A stretch of 63,667 bases of DNA, counting the filler, from Reticulomyxa filosa (Eukaryota > Protista > Foraminifera), in NCBI GenBank assembly GCA_000512085.1. It is 25 parts of 25 records of this genome, joined end to end, with 100 filler letters (N's around TTAATTAATTAA, not from the genome) between each part and the next. Parts side by side here need not be neighbours in the genome. Positions count along the whole stretch, not along the records: positions 61,781 to 63,667 come from ASPP01011097.1; 24 more parts are not named here. One strand, written 5' to 3'. Below, one piece after another: positions 63,614 through 63,667 of the stretch. A model generated the notes under the pieces. That model saw only the letters and a list, made by a program, of their open reading frames with translations, was not told the DNA's origin and made no database searches. Within the stretch, counting starts at the first letter, position 1, and each line of letters starts with the position of its first letter. Both the position numbers and the translations under genes were made by a program.

Positions 63614-63667
63614 GTTGATTTTTGTATTGCACGTGTTTTTGTGGGGTGTCCATTGTGTGTGTGTGTG

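Overview
This window is not one continuous locus. It is 25 short segments (about 1-10 kb) joined by 24 identical artificial 100-nt linkers (44 N + TTAATTAATTAA + 44 N). Twenty-four segments are AT-rich eukaryotic DNA with GT-AG introns full of (TA)n/poly-A/T, poly-Asn/Glu exons and many decayed genes. The overall style suggests a rhizarian/foraminiferan such as Reticulomyxa (inference, no marker gene present). One segment (30121-31310) is GC-rich proteobacterial DNA (TetR-like regulator, DUF4442 hotdog protein, enoyl-CoA hydratase). Recognisable eukaryotic genes, mostly truncated by segment ends: nucleoplasmin-like chaperone, propionyl-CoA carboxylase alpha-like, tyrosine-type kinase, Pumilio, insulysin, transportin-1, TAF4, ITPK1, FUT8-like, TMEM229-like and a MABP-domain protein. 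Mobile or decayed DNA: a full-span Tc1 (DD34E) relic with long TIRs, two convergent LINE remnants, a foldback element, and RPEL and SNF2 pseudogenes. The most interesting items are four unusual architectures: (1) a surface protein with at least four tandem Cu-only SOD-like domains alternating metal-ligand-bearing and ligand-less copies, followed by a Pro/Thr stalk and GPI-like tail; (2) an AGC-type pseudokinase spliced in frame to a PTEN N-terminus; (3) a RING ligase with two RPA32-binding-like helices; (4) a PB1-caspase-like gene bracketed by a palindromic direct repeat. Exon boundaries were read by eye and are approximate.
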